From the human T2T-CHM13v2.0 reference genome, Homo sapiens, in the NCBI RefSeq assembly GCF_009914755.1, contig NC_060935.1: a stretch of DNA of 64,000 nucleotides; one strand, written 5' to 3'. Numbering within the stretch: the first letter of the stretch is position 1; each line of letters opens with the position of its first letter. The notes beneath the pieces are model-generated. The model was not told where the DNA came from. It ran no database searches and was given only the letters and a program-made list of their open reading frames with translations. Positions 1-17,565 of this stretch are shown here, in pieces. A program made the translations under genes and the position numbers.

Positions 1-50
1 GTGCAACAGAAGAGCCTGAGTCGAATCCAGATCTCCCCTCTCCACTGTGA

Positions 51-551
<501 letters not shown>

Positions 552-1819
552 TGAAAAAGGGAATTAACTTTGGACACAGACAGAATAATGCAAATCTTCA
601 GTTTTGGTTTAGAAAATCTGAAACCTGCAGTGGGGAATACAGAAAAGAAGGAAGTAGAAGGAGTCTGTCCCCAACCCCGCCCCTTCCTTTTTTCTCTCCT
701 CTGGAGAGAGAAGGGATTAGGAGGCCTCCTGGAAAGGAGTCCCTTTCCTGTGATCAAACTCACCCCTTCCCTCCACCAGAGCAATTACAGAGCCTCCGGC
801 CTGGAACCTTCCTCACCGGCCTGGAGGAGACACCATTCTGCGGACAATGGGGGGAAGGAAAGGAAAGCAATGCCGCTGCCAATGGTGCGGATGACTTCCT
901 CAATGCCAGACTTGCTTGCACTTTCAAAGTCCCTCCTCGGAGGTCCCCTGGTAGGACCTGGAGATAGGATGTGCTTTCACTCTTTACAGACTATTGTCCA
1001 GGAAAGAAAGTTTCAGACTTTCTTAGGCAGGGAAGGGCCCTCTGACTGTGAATTTATTTGGAAATTTGAAAGAGAAGAGAGTCTTATCCTAGGAAGTGTT
1101 CTTTTTCTTTCCCCCTGGATTTGACAGGCCAGGCAACAGCAATTATCCAAACCACTGCTCTGCACCAAGAGGCAAACCACAGGAAAAAGAAACCCGAACA
1201 AGCAAGGAGAATAGAAGTTCCCCAAAGCATGCCTTCTTGTTTTTCTCAGAGGACAGTCTTTTCATTCATGTTTTACAGATTGGTCCAACAAGTGCAGTTC
1301 TTCTAGTCTCCTATCTAGATAAGCAGGATATTAGAAGGAATAGGAGAGGCCTGCAAAAAGCTATGATAGGGTGGAAATAGGATAGGAGAAACTGAAAAAA
1401 GGGGAGGCGTGCGCTCCAACACCTCCATAGCCCTTGGGGACGGGCTTAGTTTCTAATGAGAATACAGAAGGCCCATGTCTCAATAGGCCCCGAAAAATAT
1501 TAATCCAGCCCAATATGAACAGTCTGCTAATTATATGACTGGGCCTGCTTAGGAGATCAGGGCAATATTACATTCAGAGTACTCAGTTTAGGAAGATGAC
1601 ACAGTGTAATACATACAGATTTCCATCATTTCTTTTATTCCTCATTTGGAGAGGCAACAGGGCTGAGATAGACATGTTAGCGATGGCTAGATTGATTGAT
1701 TTATTGACTGAATGAATGGCCTGCTTTAGGCAGCGGGAACACTGAATGAACATTTTAAAATCAGCTGGTATAGGTCAGGAACTGTGCAGGTTGCTGGGAA
1801 TGGGTAGATGAAAAGACAT

Positions 1820-2171
1820 TGCTATGGTTTGGCTGTGTCCCCACCTAAATTTCACCTTGAATTGTAATCCCCATGTTTCAAGGGTGGGACCAGGTGGAGA
1901 TAATTGAATGGGGGGGTGGTTTCTCCCATACTATTCTGGTGGTAGTGAATAAGTCTCACGAGAGCTGATGGTTTTATAAATGGGAGTTCCCCTGCACAAG
2001 CCCTCTTGCCTGCCACCATGTAAGATGTGACTTTGCGCCTCCTTCCCCTTCCACCGTGATTGTGAGGCCTCGCCAGCCATGTGGAACTGTGAGTCAATTA
2101 AGCCTCTTTCCTTTATAAATTACCCAGTCTCAGGTATGTCTTCATTTGCAGCATGAGAACAGACTAATACA
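1820..2171 (+). mobile_element. THE1 (MaLR) solo LTR
   Basis: tgctatggtttggctgtgtcccca ... agactaataca; 5-bp TSD GACAT at 1815-1819 and 2172-2176. Confidence 0.9.
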
Positions 2172-2648
2172 GACATGGACCTTGGCTGTAGGGAGTTTGC
2201 ACTGTAGTGACGGCAAGAGCTCACGTGATCCATTTTAAGATAGAAGAGCGAGCTCAGGCAGAGGAACACAGAGCCAGGATGGTCCATGCACGGAATCTGG
2301 CCCTGCCCTTACTTTCTCCAGGAGCATGGGCTGGGTCCCTCTCCTCCCTAATCCTCACTTTGCTCATGTGTGAAATGTAGATCAAGTAAGTTCTACACTC
2401 AGAGGTCTCTTGTGAAGATTAAATGAGAAAAGGCATGGAAACTGCCTTTGCACACAGCCTGGTATATCCTGATGTCTGCTGATACTCTTATTTTTATGTT
2501 CCTTGACATTCCAAATCTGCCCCAGGGAGAATTCCAGGACAGCTCTGGAGAGGAAGTGATCTTTGAATCCAACCTTGAAATCACCCTAGGAGATGCAAAG
2601 AAGGTGACACCAGTTAAGAATAAGATGTGTACCCATTTTCAAATGTTC

Positions 2649-2943
<295 letters not shown>

Positions 2944-2987
2944 CAAATCTTCTCAGTTCTAAATGGCTGTGATAAAAACTACATTGA

Positions 2988-3287
<300 letters not shown>

Positions 3288-3761
3288 TTGCATTGACAAT
3301 TAATTTGTTTATGGAAAGCCAGTTATCCAATGATGGTGAACAAATGCAACTTGACTGTATAATACTTATTTTGGTTTTGGACCAAAGTCACCATTAAATA
3401 TGCCAAGTTCTTGTTCAAGGAAACAGCTAATGTCGTGGACTTGCATCTCATTTGTAGTTGGTTCTCCCTGAAAAGTCAGTGGTGTGGGAGAAATGATACT
3501 TAGTCAAAATCATCAGTGAAAATCATTGCTTGGATCATCCCAAAATATAATGAACAAAAGTGATATTTATCTGCCACATTGAGAAACATTCACCATATCT
3601 CAATAAGCTCTCCTCAGCCAGTTGGTCCTTTTGTGGTTGAAAAAAGTGCCATATCTTTGGTTGGGCATCCAATAAAATATGGTATTTAGGGGCTACCTGT
3701 ATGGAAAATCCATATCCTTAAAGGTTAGCTCACCAGGAGGATGTTGAGAAATGGCACAAGG

Positions 3762-4062
3762 GGCTGGGCGCGGTGGCTCATGCCTGTAATCCCAGCATTT
3801 TGGGGAGGCTGAGGTGGGTGGATCACTTGAGGTCACGAGTTCGAGACCAGCCTGGCCAACATGGTGAAAGCCCATGTCTACTAAAAATATAAAAATTAGC
3901 CAGGTGTGGTGGTGGGCGCCTGTAATCCCAGCTACTAGGGAGGCTGGGCAGGAGAACTGCTGGAACGCAGGAGGCGGAGGTTGCAGTGAGCTGAGATTGC
4001 ACCACTGCATTCCAGCCTGGGTGACAGGCAAGACTCTGTCTCCAAAAAAAAAAAAAAAAAAA
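3762..4062 (+). mobile_element. AluS
   Basis: Alu consensus with poly-A tail. Confidence 0.9.
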
Positions 4063-4816
4063 GGCACACAGGAATTGGGTTGGGACTCAGTAGATCAGTA
4101 GATTTAGATCTCCCAGCTTAGTCTCATCTCCATAGTGTGGGTGGAGTAGTACTCACACTATTTAAATTATTTTTATTTCACTACCTGAATCCCCTCAGCA
4201 AGTATAGTTTAATTCACCTGAGTAATACGCTTATGCGAGGGGATTTCTCCATGGGCCTTTTGTTTTTGCTCCTGCTGGTGATCTGATTTTAAATGTGAAC
4301 GTGCCATTGCTAAGAGTTTTTGTTCTATGTATTATTCTGTGTGGAAAATTTCTTAAATGGGATTATTGAAGTATACTTCATTATTTATCTTCTGGCAATT
4401 TATCAACAACAGCAAATATCATTCATTATTGTTTGGAGGACAGAACTATTTTTATATTCTTTAATTAAAAATGGCTTTGACATTTTCAAATTCAGAGGGA
4501 AGTTGATAATTTAGTGCTGTATGATAGGACCTTTAGTTGGTCTGAATGTCACATAATTGTACAAATTGCTGTTAAAGTATATTATTACTTATTTTCTGAG
4601 AGGTAGAGGGACTTGGTTATCCTGGGATTGCATAATTATTGGTTCACTAGAACTACAGATGAGTGAAAAGAAGGGTTAGATACTCTCTAGTTCACTTTTC
4701 TTCCAGTGCAGGGAACATTCTATGGGGTTCCGAACAGATATAATAAGCTCATAATAACAGTGGCCATTGATTGAACTCTTTCTATCAAACAATGTGAAAA
4801 ACATTAGTAGAGGTGA

Positions 4817-6048
<1,232 letters not shown>

Positions 6049-7502
6049 GGTGGCAAGAAGTATCAAACTACTAGATCCTTGGGATTGTGCTTTGTACTGG
6101 GGTGTATTTTTTCCAACAATCCTAAAAATCATTTGAATAGAGATAGCAATATATATCTTACCCATTTGGAAATGCACAGAGATTCAGGAGTGTTCACATA
6201 GAAACAGAAGATCATTGGCTTTTGTCCATTCCCAACGCCAGTGATCTGTTTTTCTTGACTCTTTTTGATCTGTGTTTCTGAATGTGTTGATATACTGCGC
6301 TACTGGTGTGCAGGATGATTTTAAATGTTGCACAGATGAACATTAATAGTCATCTATTTTAATATGTATTAGGAAAAAGCCCATAAAACAATGAAGCCCA
6401 TTAAAACCCCATGGTTTCTTGGATAGTATTACATAGGGTGAAGCTAATTTTATTTCAGTAAAAAATATGCAGGTCAATTTAAATAAAAAAATAGATAATA
6501 GTATAAATGGCTTGTGGCTACAGTAAAAATGATGATGGTACTTGAATGTCCAAATTAATTTAAGTGATATATGTGTTCATAGATACCATTTCATTTTAAC
6601 GTGGTTCTGCTGGTCAGAACAGTCTTACGATGGGGGTGGTCTCCAGGCTTCACCTTGTGCCCACTGGCTCTGTTTGGTTCCTCTGGGCTCACACACAGGG
6701 AGCTACGTATGTCTCTCTCATTTCCTTTGGTATGTTCTCTGGGTTAAATGTCCCCAGCTATCTGATCTGTTCCCTGCGGGCCTTGGCCATTCCTGTCCTG
6801 GCCTTTACTGGCAGTCTCTATTCTAAAATGTGGGCATCCCACATGAGGTCCAGCTTCTCCTGAGATCCCCGGAGGTGCAGCTGCTGTGATGGTGACCTTG
6901 TTTAGCAGATGCTCCCTGCAGTCCAAACTCCCACCCATCGTCCTGCCCTTTGATCCATTTCCCATGAACTGCTTACCTCAGTTTTCTCATCTGTAAGATG
7001 GAGAGATAACTGTAAGTGCTTAGCACAGTGTTTACTAGCACAGACTACTGCTATTACTGTCAAGTCACTTTTCCTTTGCTGCCAATAGGTCATTTTCTGT
7101 TTATGGCTTCTTCAGTATGAACTGATCAACTGTAACTTGAAAATTTCCAGACTTAGGACTTTTGGACTCATAGTGAAAGGATCCTTTCCCAATTCCCTTG
7201 ATCGGTTTTTCCTTTAAAAAAAAAAAAGATATTTGACATCTTTTCACTTTCAAGTTCAGTTTCTCTTCTCCTTTTTTTCTGGGTGATGGTTTATTATTTA
7301 AAAAATTTCTATGTATATGTGATTTAAAAGTAAACCCACGTAGCTGAAAATGTCTCATAGGTTTTTCTTGCATTTTCAGTTGACCCATTCACTTTGCAAA
7401 TCTTTAGAGTATTATATTTAAGACAGCTTGCAGCTGTTTTCTTATATATATTTTACATGACAAAATTATATTTAAAACATATTAAACTTTAAAAAACCAT
7501 AG

Positions 7503-7751
<249 letters not shown>

Positions 7752-8667
7752 TAAAAAAAGAAAAAAAAGTGTTTACAGGACTTTAAATTGAGAAACTTAA
7801 ATATCTTTACATATTCTGTGTTCCTAATTTATTTTTGCAGCAGTAATTATTTCAGCTGTCTTTAGTATTGACATGTTGGAACCTCGGATTAATTTGTGCA
7901 TGGATATATTTAGAGCCTTTTACTTGACAAGAATCATGTATATCATGACTGAATTTGTAATTTCCCAGCATGAGACCCAAATTAATAGACAGTATTTAGA
8001 TTCTAGGCAACGATGCATTATATAAACCAGCATCATTTAGGGAGTGGCAAAGACTCTCTCCCCACCAGTTCTGTGAACTTGGGCAAGGTGTGTAATCTTT
8101 CTGAGCCTTAATCTAATTAGACCCTTTCTCCTGTAACCCAGAGGGGGTGTTAGTAAAGTTGGTGTGAAAAAAGTCAATTATTGTACTGATGCAATTTGGG
8201 TGAAACTGTGAAGTTCAGTGTTCACATGATGGTTGTGGAGACACTGAACCTTAATCCTTAGGCCAGGGATTCAAAGTTTTTTTTGACTCTCATGTTGAAC
8301 GTTGTCTAAAGTGCAGTGTGCCCTAGTTTTTAGGTAATTCTGAGAATTCTAAGGCCCTTGCTGGAATAATTAATGAGAATATGAGATTTCAGCAAATTAG
8401 GGCCAGGAGTCAGTGCTCTCAGCATGGAAGAATCTCACCTCCAAAAATTTTATGTGGGTTTTACACATTAAGCAAGCATAGGTGAGGTGCAGTGAAGGGG
8501 AAGTGATGGCTGTCAGTCGTTTGGCCAGGTTCCTTTGCATACAGGGGAGCTAGTGGGTGTATACCAGCTGAGACAGCTGAAGGAGGAGAACATGAAGAAT
8601 AGTTGGAAACTATTGAACCTCCAAGATTTTTCTGTCTTTGTTAACAACTAGCAGTTACATGCTAGCA

Positions 8668-9273
8668 TTATTTATTTATTTAGTTAGTTAGTTAGTTAGT
8701 TCTTGAGATGGAGTCTCACTCTGTCACCCACGCTGGAGTGCAGTGGCATGATCTCAGCTCACTGCAACCTCTGCCTCCTGGGTTCAGGTGATTTTCCTGC
8801 TTCAGCCTCCTGAGTAGCTGGGATTACAGGGGCCCGCTACCACGCCCAGCTAATTTTTGTATTTTGAGCATGTTGGCCAGGCTGGTCTTGAACTCCTGAC
8901 CTTGTGATCCCCCTGCCTCGGCCTCCCAAAGTGCTGGGATTACAGGTGTGAGCCACTGTGCCTGGCCTTATTTATTTATTTTTGAGACAGGGTCTCACTC
9001 TATCACCCAGGCTGGAGTGCAGTGGTGCAGTCATAGCTCACTGCAGCTTGGAACTCTTGGGCTGAAGTGATTCTTCTTCCTTAGCCTCCCCAGTAGCTAG
9101 GACTATAGTGCCACCATGCCTGGCTAATTTAAATTTTTTTTGTGTGTGTGTGTGTGGTGGAGATGGGTTCTCACTGTGTTGCTCAGGCTGGTCTTGAACT
9201 CTTGGGCTTAAGCGATCTTCCCATCTTGGCCTCCCAGAGTGCTGCGATTACAGGCGTGGGCCACCACACCTGT
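8668..9273 (-). mobile_element. Tandem AluS (with TTTA/TTAG tail) and AluJ
   Basis: Two Alu bodies at 8703-8967 and 8983-9273. Confidence 0.85.
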
Positions 9274-10382
9274 CCTGTGCTAGGCTCTTAACGTCCTTCC
9301 CAGATGTTATGTCCCTTCCCTTGGTGGCTGCTGCTTTCTGCCACATTTTACCTTGCCGTTCCGCACCTTCTACCATGTCTCCTTTTCCAGCCTCATTCCC
9401 TGAGATGTAGCCGGAGTTCCAGTTCAGCCAACCTGCCCGTTGTTTTCTCTCCTGGAACTGGGTGTTTGAGCCTCCTGCATGGAGTGTTCTTCCTTCCCAG
9501 CTAAAGTCCTGGTCATCCCATTTCCATCTGAAAGGCCCCCTTGTTCATGAAGCCTCTCATGGTCCTTCCCCCTACCCCAGCCAGGTATACTTTCTCTCCT
9601 CTTGGAATTACCCTATAGGAAGAACATGGTGGCTTGACCTGGGTTCCAGTCTCACCCATCTGTTTACCTGGGGAGTGATCTTGAGTGGGTCAATTTATGT
9701 TCTCAGTGCCTTACAAAATGGGGCAGAGGATACCTAACCCCCAGGAGCTGGTGTGGCTGGGGTACCTTACACAGGGCCTGACTGTAGTAGCTTCTCTCCA
9801 AGCATTGGTGTCTTACCTCTTCTGTTTCTCTAATGGTGTTTTGCACATTCATTGTTGTATTAGAGTTTGTTTTTTTGTCTTACCTTGTTTTAATAAATTA
9901 TAATCTTATGGGAGATGACACTGTCTTTTCTTTGTTTCATATATAAAAAGTGTTTTGCTGATATACGTAGAATCAAGTTGGTCTGGAGTTACTCTGGATA
10001 AGGGATGAAATCAGGGAGCTCTTGTGTTCAAAGGGGCCTTCTTCCCTTTTTTGGTTCTTTCTCCTCATTTTTTAGCTTCCATTTTTACTTCCTTTAGTAT
10101 TGAGAAAGTACCAGGCTCACTTCAAAGAGTTGACTTCAAAGCTCCCACCAGCTCAGACATACTTGCCACTGAAGCCTGTAGGAATTGGCATCAATGGAAG
10201 ACCCTGTGGCGGTTGCATTTAAGATTTTTTTTGGGACTTCTATTTTTATAATTCTTTTAAATGGTAAAGGGGGAGGGTTACAAAATATCTGCGCCTTTAA
10301 GATATCAAACATAAGCCAGTGAAGTTCCAAAAAAAAAAAAAAAGATGTCTTAGAGAAATGAAAAGGATTTTACAATTGGTAG

Positions 10383-10708
<326 letters not shown>

Positions 10709-11571
10709 AAGTCTTTTTTCTTTAAAAAAAAAAAGGTTACTTTTACTGTTTTGTCCTAGTTACAAGATCTTAGGACAGAAATAAAGCCTTAACTTGTATG
10801 TAACATTTTCCAAGATGGCTAAGTGGAGTTGCAGGTTACATAGCAGAAAACAGAGGCTTGGGCCTGTTGAGACCTCACACCCAGTTCTTCTTGGAGCTGT
10901 GGGTGTGGGCTGAAAGAGAAGACAGGGAGATTAAAGACCAGTGATTTCCCTCCATGGACCCTTTGATGCTCTTGTTTGTTGACTTTTTGAGGCTTGGAGT
11001 GACCGACTCTTCCAGGAATGAGAAATGGAATCCCTCCCAGTTTTGATGGTCGTCCCAGGACATATTTCCTGAAGGCCTACTCTGTGTCTCAGCACCATTC
11101 CAGGACTCCCCCCGACAGCCTTACGGAGCGTGCTACAGTCTTCCTGATCCAATATCCTGCCACCTGCCCACTCATTCACCCTCGGCCCTACCCCATGCCT
11201 TTGCACGAATCTTTCCAGCCTGAGCAGCCTGAGATGGGTCTTTTTCCCTGCTCCGAAATCCTGACCTCATAATGGCTCATGAATCCCTATTCAACCTTCA
11301 AGACCTGGTTCAAGGGTTAAATCCTTTAAGGAGACTTCTCCTGATTTTTCCCCAGCTGGTTGCTTTGTTCTCCAGCGATTTGTAACCTTGTGAACAAATA
11401 TTCTACTCATTTTATTCTACTGGAATGATCTATTTACACTTATCTCCCTGCAAATTGTATCCTGCCCTTCAATGGCTAAGTGAATGGCATAAACAGATGC
11501 TATAGGAATTGAGACTAAGTTGGAGCTGGGTGATCAGGGAAGGTTTTAAGGAAGAGATCTGGGACAAATAG

Positions 11572-11958
<387 letters not shown>

Positions 11959-12184
11959 TAGGAGACAAGGGTGGAAAGGTGTCCTGGAGCCCTACAGAGA
12001 TGGGCTTCAAGTGCCAGCCAAGGTGTTTGACCATTTTTAGAAGAGGAATGAGATGATTAAAGTGGAACTTTTAGGAAGAGTAGGAGTGAGCGGGATGGAT
12101 TTAAAAGGCGGAGTGAGAGGCATCAGGAAGGCTGGGTAGGAGAGCATTGCTACAGTCTAGGAGGGAGGTGGCAGGGGTGTAGAC

Positions 12185-12523
12185 CAGGGATCACAAAGCA
12201 ATGGCTTGCCATCTGCTTCTGTATACCCAGAGAGCTAAGAATGGTTTGTACCTTATTAAATGGTTGAAAAAATCAAAAGAATATATGCTGTGATATGTGG
12301 AAATTCTGTGAAATTCAAATGTCAGTGTCTGTAAATAGTTTTTTTTTTTTTTTTTTTTTTTTGTGGAACACAGCCATACTTTTCATTTATGCATTGTTTG
12401 TGGTTGCTTTCACACAATCATGCCAGCCCTGAGTAGTTGCTGCAGAGACCATATGGCCTGCAAAGACTAAAATATGTACTTATGTACTATCTGGCTCTTT
12501 CCAGAAAAAATCAGCAGACCCCA
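12185..12523. mobile_element. MER58-type hAT-Charlie DNA transposon
   Basis: gagctaagaatggttt ... gaaattcaaatgtcagtgtc ... ggaacacagccat ... gagaccatatggcctgcaaag. Confidence 0.7.
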
Positions 12524-12598
12524 GGTGTAGACCAACCAGGGTGAATGAGTGTATGACTGGAAATGCAAAGACGGGCAGGATCAAGGGACAGTTTAGAG

Positions 12599-12814
12599 CA
12601 GGGGTGTCCAATCTTTTGGTTTCCCTGGGCCACACTGGAAGAAGAATTGTCTTGGGCCCCACATAAAATACACCAACACTAACAATAGCTGATGAGCTAA
12701 AAAAAAAAAAATCACAAAAAATCTCAAAATGTTTTAAGAAAGTTTATGAATTTGTGTTGGTCTGCATTCAAAGCCATGGTGGGCTGCATGCGGGCCATGG
12801 GTTGGCCAAGCTTG
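12599..12814 (+). mobile_element. MER30 hAT MITE
   Basis: caggggtgtccaatcttttgg ... ttggccaagcttg; perfect 8-bp TSD GTTTAGAG. Confidence 0.88.
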
Positions 12815-12958
12815 GTTTAGAGGCGGATGCAGTACGGGAGAGTTTTCCCTTCTCTTCTGATGTAACTCCATGTCTTGGTGGCGGTGTTCTAGATGTAGGC
12901 ATCTTTAGGCAGGGGAGTGTGCGTGGAAGGGTGAAAGGGTTGTGCCTTCATGACGCTC

Positions 12959-12986
12959 GTGTGTGTGTGTGTGTTTGTGTGTGTGA
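12959..12986. repeat. (GT)n microsatellite, interrupted
   Basis: Seen directly. Confidence 0.9.
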
Positions 12987-14509
12987 GTGATGCTGAGCTA
13001 GTCTTAGAGTAAATGCAGACACTGGATGGTAGCGAGTTCAGTGCAGTTTTTATGGAGGGACAGCTTGCTGCCTGCTGATGAAGCCGGACAAGACTGGGTA
13101 GTGAAGTCAAAGGCCCACACCTAACTCTGAGGCTCTTGGGGGCAACTGTGTTGTGCAGAGAAGGTAGGAGGGCAGAGGAAGAGGAGGAGCGGCCCCTGGG
13201 AGAATGCCTTCTACCCAGCTGCAGCTTCTCAAGGGTGTGTTTGCGTCTGACCTAAGGTGTTGGAGCTCTTTGTTTCTGGCTGTGTTCAGGCTTTCCCCCG
13301 CTTGCCTTTAGGGGAAGCTGATGACTGCTTTAGCGTAAAGAGAGGGCCAGGAGGTCAACTTCCCTACAGTCCCGTGCCTGCTTCTGGGTTGGGGCTGGGG
13401 AGAGTGCTGCCCACTGAACTCTCTAAATGTTAAAAGATACAAAGAGGAAGCACAGAGTGAAAAGGGAGACCCCAGAGGACAGCAGAACATCCCGAAGCAT
13501 ATCCCCCATCAGAGAAGAGGCATGATTTTCACCTGGCTTGCAGGTGCAGGATGGGCATCTCAGATGCTGTGAGTCTGAGGGCAGATGCCCATCAGTCCAG
13601 GACAGTTCCTGGGGACAAAAGCCTCTTCTCACCTTTAGAGAAATTAAGTCTTATTGGTAGAAAATATTTTAGAGAGGTTCTGGTCTAAGCCTCTCATTTT
13701 GCAGATGAGAAACTACCCAAGGCCCAAGATGGATGGATTTATCAAAGCCGGTTGGTACTGGAACTTGGATTTAATTTCAGGTCTTTTATTATTACTATGG
13801 AACAAATCTTAACTTTTTCAAGTGCATACCATGTGCCCGGCTATGTGCTGGATGTAGATGCTTTATCTGCAGGTTTAATCTTCACTACAACTATGGGAAG
13901 TAGCTATTGTCTCTCTTTTGCAAGTGTGAAGAGTGAGGCTTAGAAAGGCCAACTTGCCTGTGATCGGGTAACTCAAGAGGGAAATTGGATCAGAGTCCAT
14001 CTGAGACTGACTCCAGAGCCAATGTTCTTAGCCAATAGGGGCACATAAAACTGTTCTGAGTGGCTTCCTAGCTCCTGTTTCCAGTGTCCAATCCATTCTC
14101 GGTTTCTGTTCATTCATCAGATGTGCACTGAGTACCTGCAAGAAGTCAGAAGGGTGTTGGGTTGGTGAGGACAGATTGTATACCATCTTGGCTTTGGCCG
14201 AGCCAAACAGAATGCCAAAGATCGGCAAAGATAGGGAATGATTGTTCTTGGCCTCAGCTCCACGCTCCCCTCCTCTGTAAAACTGCCCCTGACACCCCGG
14301 CAGGATTGAATTCCTCCACCTTTAAGCTCCCAGAGTACCTTAGCTCTGTCTTTAGCACTTCACACTGTGTCATGCCTCCCCTTGGGCCCTAAGGCCAAGA
14401 GCATGTGCCATTTATTTTTGTATTCCTACTTCTATAGCCCAGTGCATATTGGGGGCACTCAGGAATTGCTGAGCGAATAAAAGAATGAATGAATACAGAC
14501 CCAGATTGT

Positions 14510-14696
14510 CAATGATTCTCAAACCTTATTTTACAAAAGAATCACTTGAAAAGCTGGTTAAAGATCAAAACTCCTGAGCCCTACTCCTGGTGATTGACTC
14601 CTAGGTTTGGGGTGGGACCCCAGAATCTGAATTTCCCGGAAGCGCCCAGGTGTTTCTGATGCGGGTGGTCTGCAAACCACACTTGCAGCAACCCTG
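14510..14696. mobile_element. MER5A-like MITE
   Basis: caatgattctcaaac ... gaatcacttg ... ggtttggggtgggaccc ... ccacacttgcagcaaccctg. Confidence 0.7.
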
Positions 14697-15789
14697 GCAC
14701 AGGTGCCCAGCCTTCTGGAATAAAGACAGGAACTAAGCATTAAAAATAGCACGCCATTCATTTGCTTGTGCCGAGCCGCCAAGTGCCCCCTCCTGCCGGC
14801 GACAGGTCCGGATGTGGGCCAGTTCTCAGCCCAGGGAAAATGAACAGTGTCTTCTCCGTGGTGCCCAGAACAGTCTGAGTCAGTGGAATGTGCTGGCCAG
14901 TCAGGCAGAAGGGAACTTCCACTTCTTTTTTAAAACCTTGGTGGAAACTGTGCTGGCAAGGCAAACAGGGAGGAGAGGAAGCTCCATGTGGGGCTTGGGC
15001 TTGGCGGACGACTTGGGGCTGGCCGGACTTTGGGTGGCCGCCGAGGACCATTGCTAAATATGCCCCTTTCGTCCTGAAATAGTCACTTCCCCGGCTGGCT
15101 TTTGTGTTGGTCGGTCGCCACAAATGTGTGGCTGTTGTTCAAGGAGGCCTCCTGGGATATAAAAAGAGAGAATGGGGCCAGGCTGCGGCCAGGGCTGTGT
15201 AGGAAGACAGGAGAGCTGCCTTTTCTCCTGTCCCACCACGGACTCATTGTAAGATTCAGAGGGAGTGGCTTCTGGGCCCTGGGTTTACTTTTCCATCTGT
15301 AAAATGGGTGGGGGGAAGGGGCAGCATCATAAAGCTTCTTTCTTCTCCTGAAAGGGATCTTTTAAGGCCCATGTCAAGATTGAACACAGGGCTCTGTTGT
15401 TGGGCTGATGCTACTGATGAAGTCTCAGGAAGCTCGAAGTTTGTAGTTAACTCTTTCAGGGTAGATGTGGTGAATAGTCTCTTGGTATTGTGTTGATGGT
15501 GGCCCACTAGAACAGAAGGTCCCAGAGGGCAAGGGCTTGGTCTTTCTTCTTCCTCTCTGTATCCCCACTGTTTAGAACTGGGCTGGGTGCAGAGTAGTCT
15601 CCATAAATGTTTATGGGGCCAATATCTCCAAATATTGGCACCTACTAAGCGTCAGTCCCATCTCTCTTTTGTCTTCTTCACAGGTTTAACTTGCTGTTTG
15701 AGAAGAGGCGATATGAGGAGCAGGGCATTTTTGGAGGAAGAAACTTTACCTCTGTTTTCAACGTTTCATCCAGTTTCTCTTCTTTTTAC

Positions 15790-16257
15790 TTATTTGGAGA
15801 CATGGTCTTACTTTGTTGTCCAGGCTGGAGGCTGAAGTGCAGTGGCACAATTATAGCTCACTGCAGCCTCAAAACACCTGGCCTCAAGTGATCCTCCTGC
15901 TTTAGCCTCCTGAGTAGCTGGGACCACAGGCTTACACCACCATACCTGGCAAATTTTTTTTTTTTTTTTTTTTGGAGAGGCAGAGTCTTGCTCCGTTGTC
16001 CAGGCTGGAGTGCAGTGGTGTAGTCATGGCTCGCTGCAGCCTCTGTCTCCTGGGCTTAAGCCATTCTCCTGCCTCACCCTTTGAGCCTCCTTAATTTTTT
16101 ATTTATTTATTTTTTTTTTGTAGAGACAGGGTCTCATTATGTTGTCCAGCCTGATATTGCTATTTTTTTTTTTTTAATGGCGATGTAGTAATCTTGCTTT
16201 GTTGCCCAGGCTGTTCTGGAACTCCTGGCTTCAGGTGTGTGCCACTGTGCCTGGCCC
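15790..16257 (-). mobile_element. Nested or rearranged AluJ fragments
   Basis: Two right arms and split left arms separated by T tracts. Confidence 0.75.
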
Positions 16258-16685
16258 AGTTGCTCTTTACATGGTGGAATATCAGAGGTTAAAGACTTGG
16301 TAAAAATTCATGCGGTGCAATAAACCATGTATTACATAATAGGGGTGACACTTGTTAACTTCTCCCAGGCTCAGTTTCCTCATGTGTAAAATAGGTGAAT
16401 AGTATCTACCCTCCAGGAGTTGTACAAGGCTCATGTATACATAGTGTATGTGAATGTGCTGTATGGGTGCAAGGGGTTGCAGAAGTGATAATGTGTGTAA
16501 ACAGATGGTGTGGTTGGCTCATTGGAGGGGTGGAGGCCCTAAGTGAGATGACCTCTGAGGTTTACTCTTCCTAGAGTAGTTGGAAAGCAATTCAGCCTCA
16601 GTGGTAAGCTCTCAGCTCTTCTAGGGCAGGTCCCTCTTCCACCACCCTGTGTCTGCAAGCATTTTGGTATTAAGTTGTTTTTCTA

Positions 16686-16982
<297 letters not shown>

Positions 16983-17565
16983 TATTATTTTTCTAAAAAG
17001 CTCTTATTTTATTGTGAAACACTTAAATTAGCAAATCTCAGGCTTGCTGAATAAGGCTTCCCAGGCAAACCACATCCCACATGTGCAAATGTCTGGTGAC
17101 ACAGTGCTTCATTTTTTTCCACTAGTACTTACTACTACCTGACATTATAGTGTAAGTTTACTTGTCTATTTGTGTATGGTCTGCCTCTCCTATGAGAATG
17201 TGAGCTGCATGAGGTCAGGACATTGTTTTGTTCACTCATGAATTCCCAGCACCCAGGACAGTGTCTGGCATGTAGTGAGTACCCAGTAAATATTTGTGGA
17301 ATGAATGAATGAATACTTAAGTGGGTGGGAAGTTCTTGGACCTTAGTCTAGACCCATGGTTCTCAAAGAGTGGTCCTGGGACTCTTGGGGATTCCTGAGA
17401 TCCTTTTAGGGATCTGTGAGGTCTGTGAGGTCAAAGTATTTTTATAATAATAGTAAACTATTTGTCCTTTCACTCTCATTCCCTCATGTATGCAAATCTC
17501 AGTGAACTGATATTTTCCAAATAACCAATGCATAAGGCCACAAAGCCATGCAGGGTAAAAAGAGC

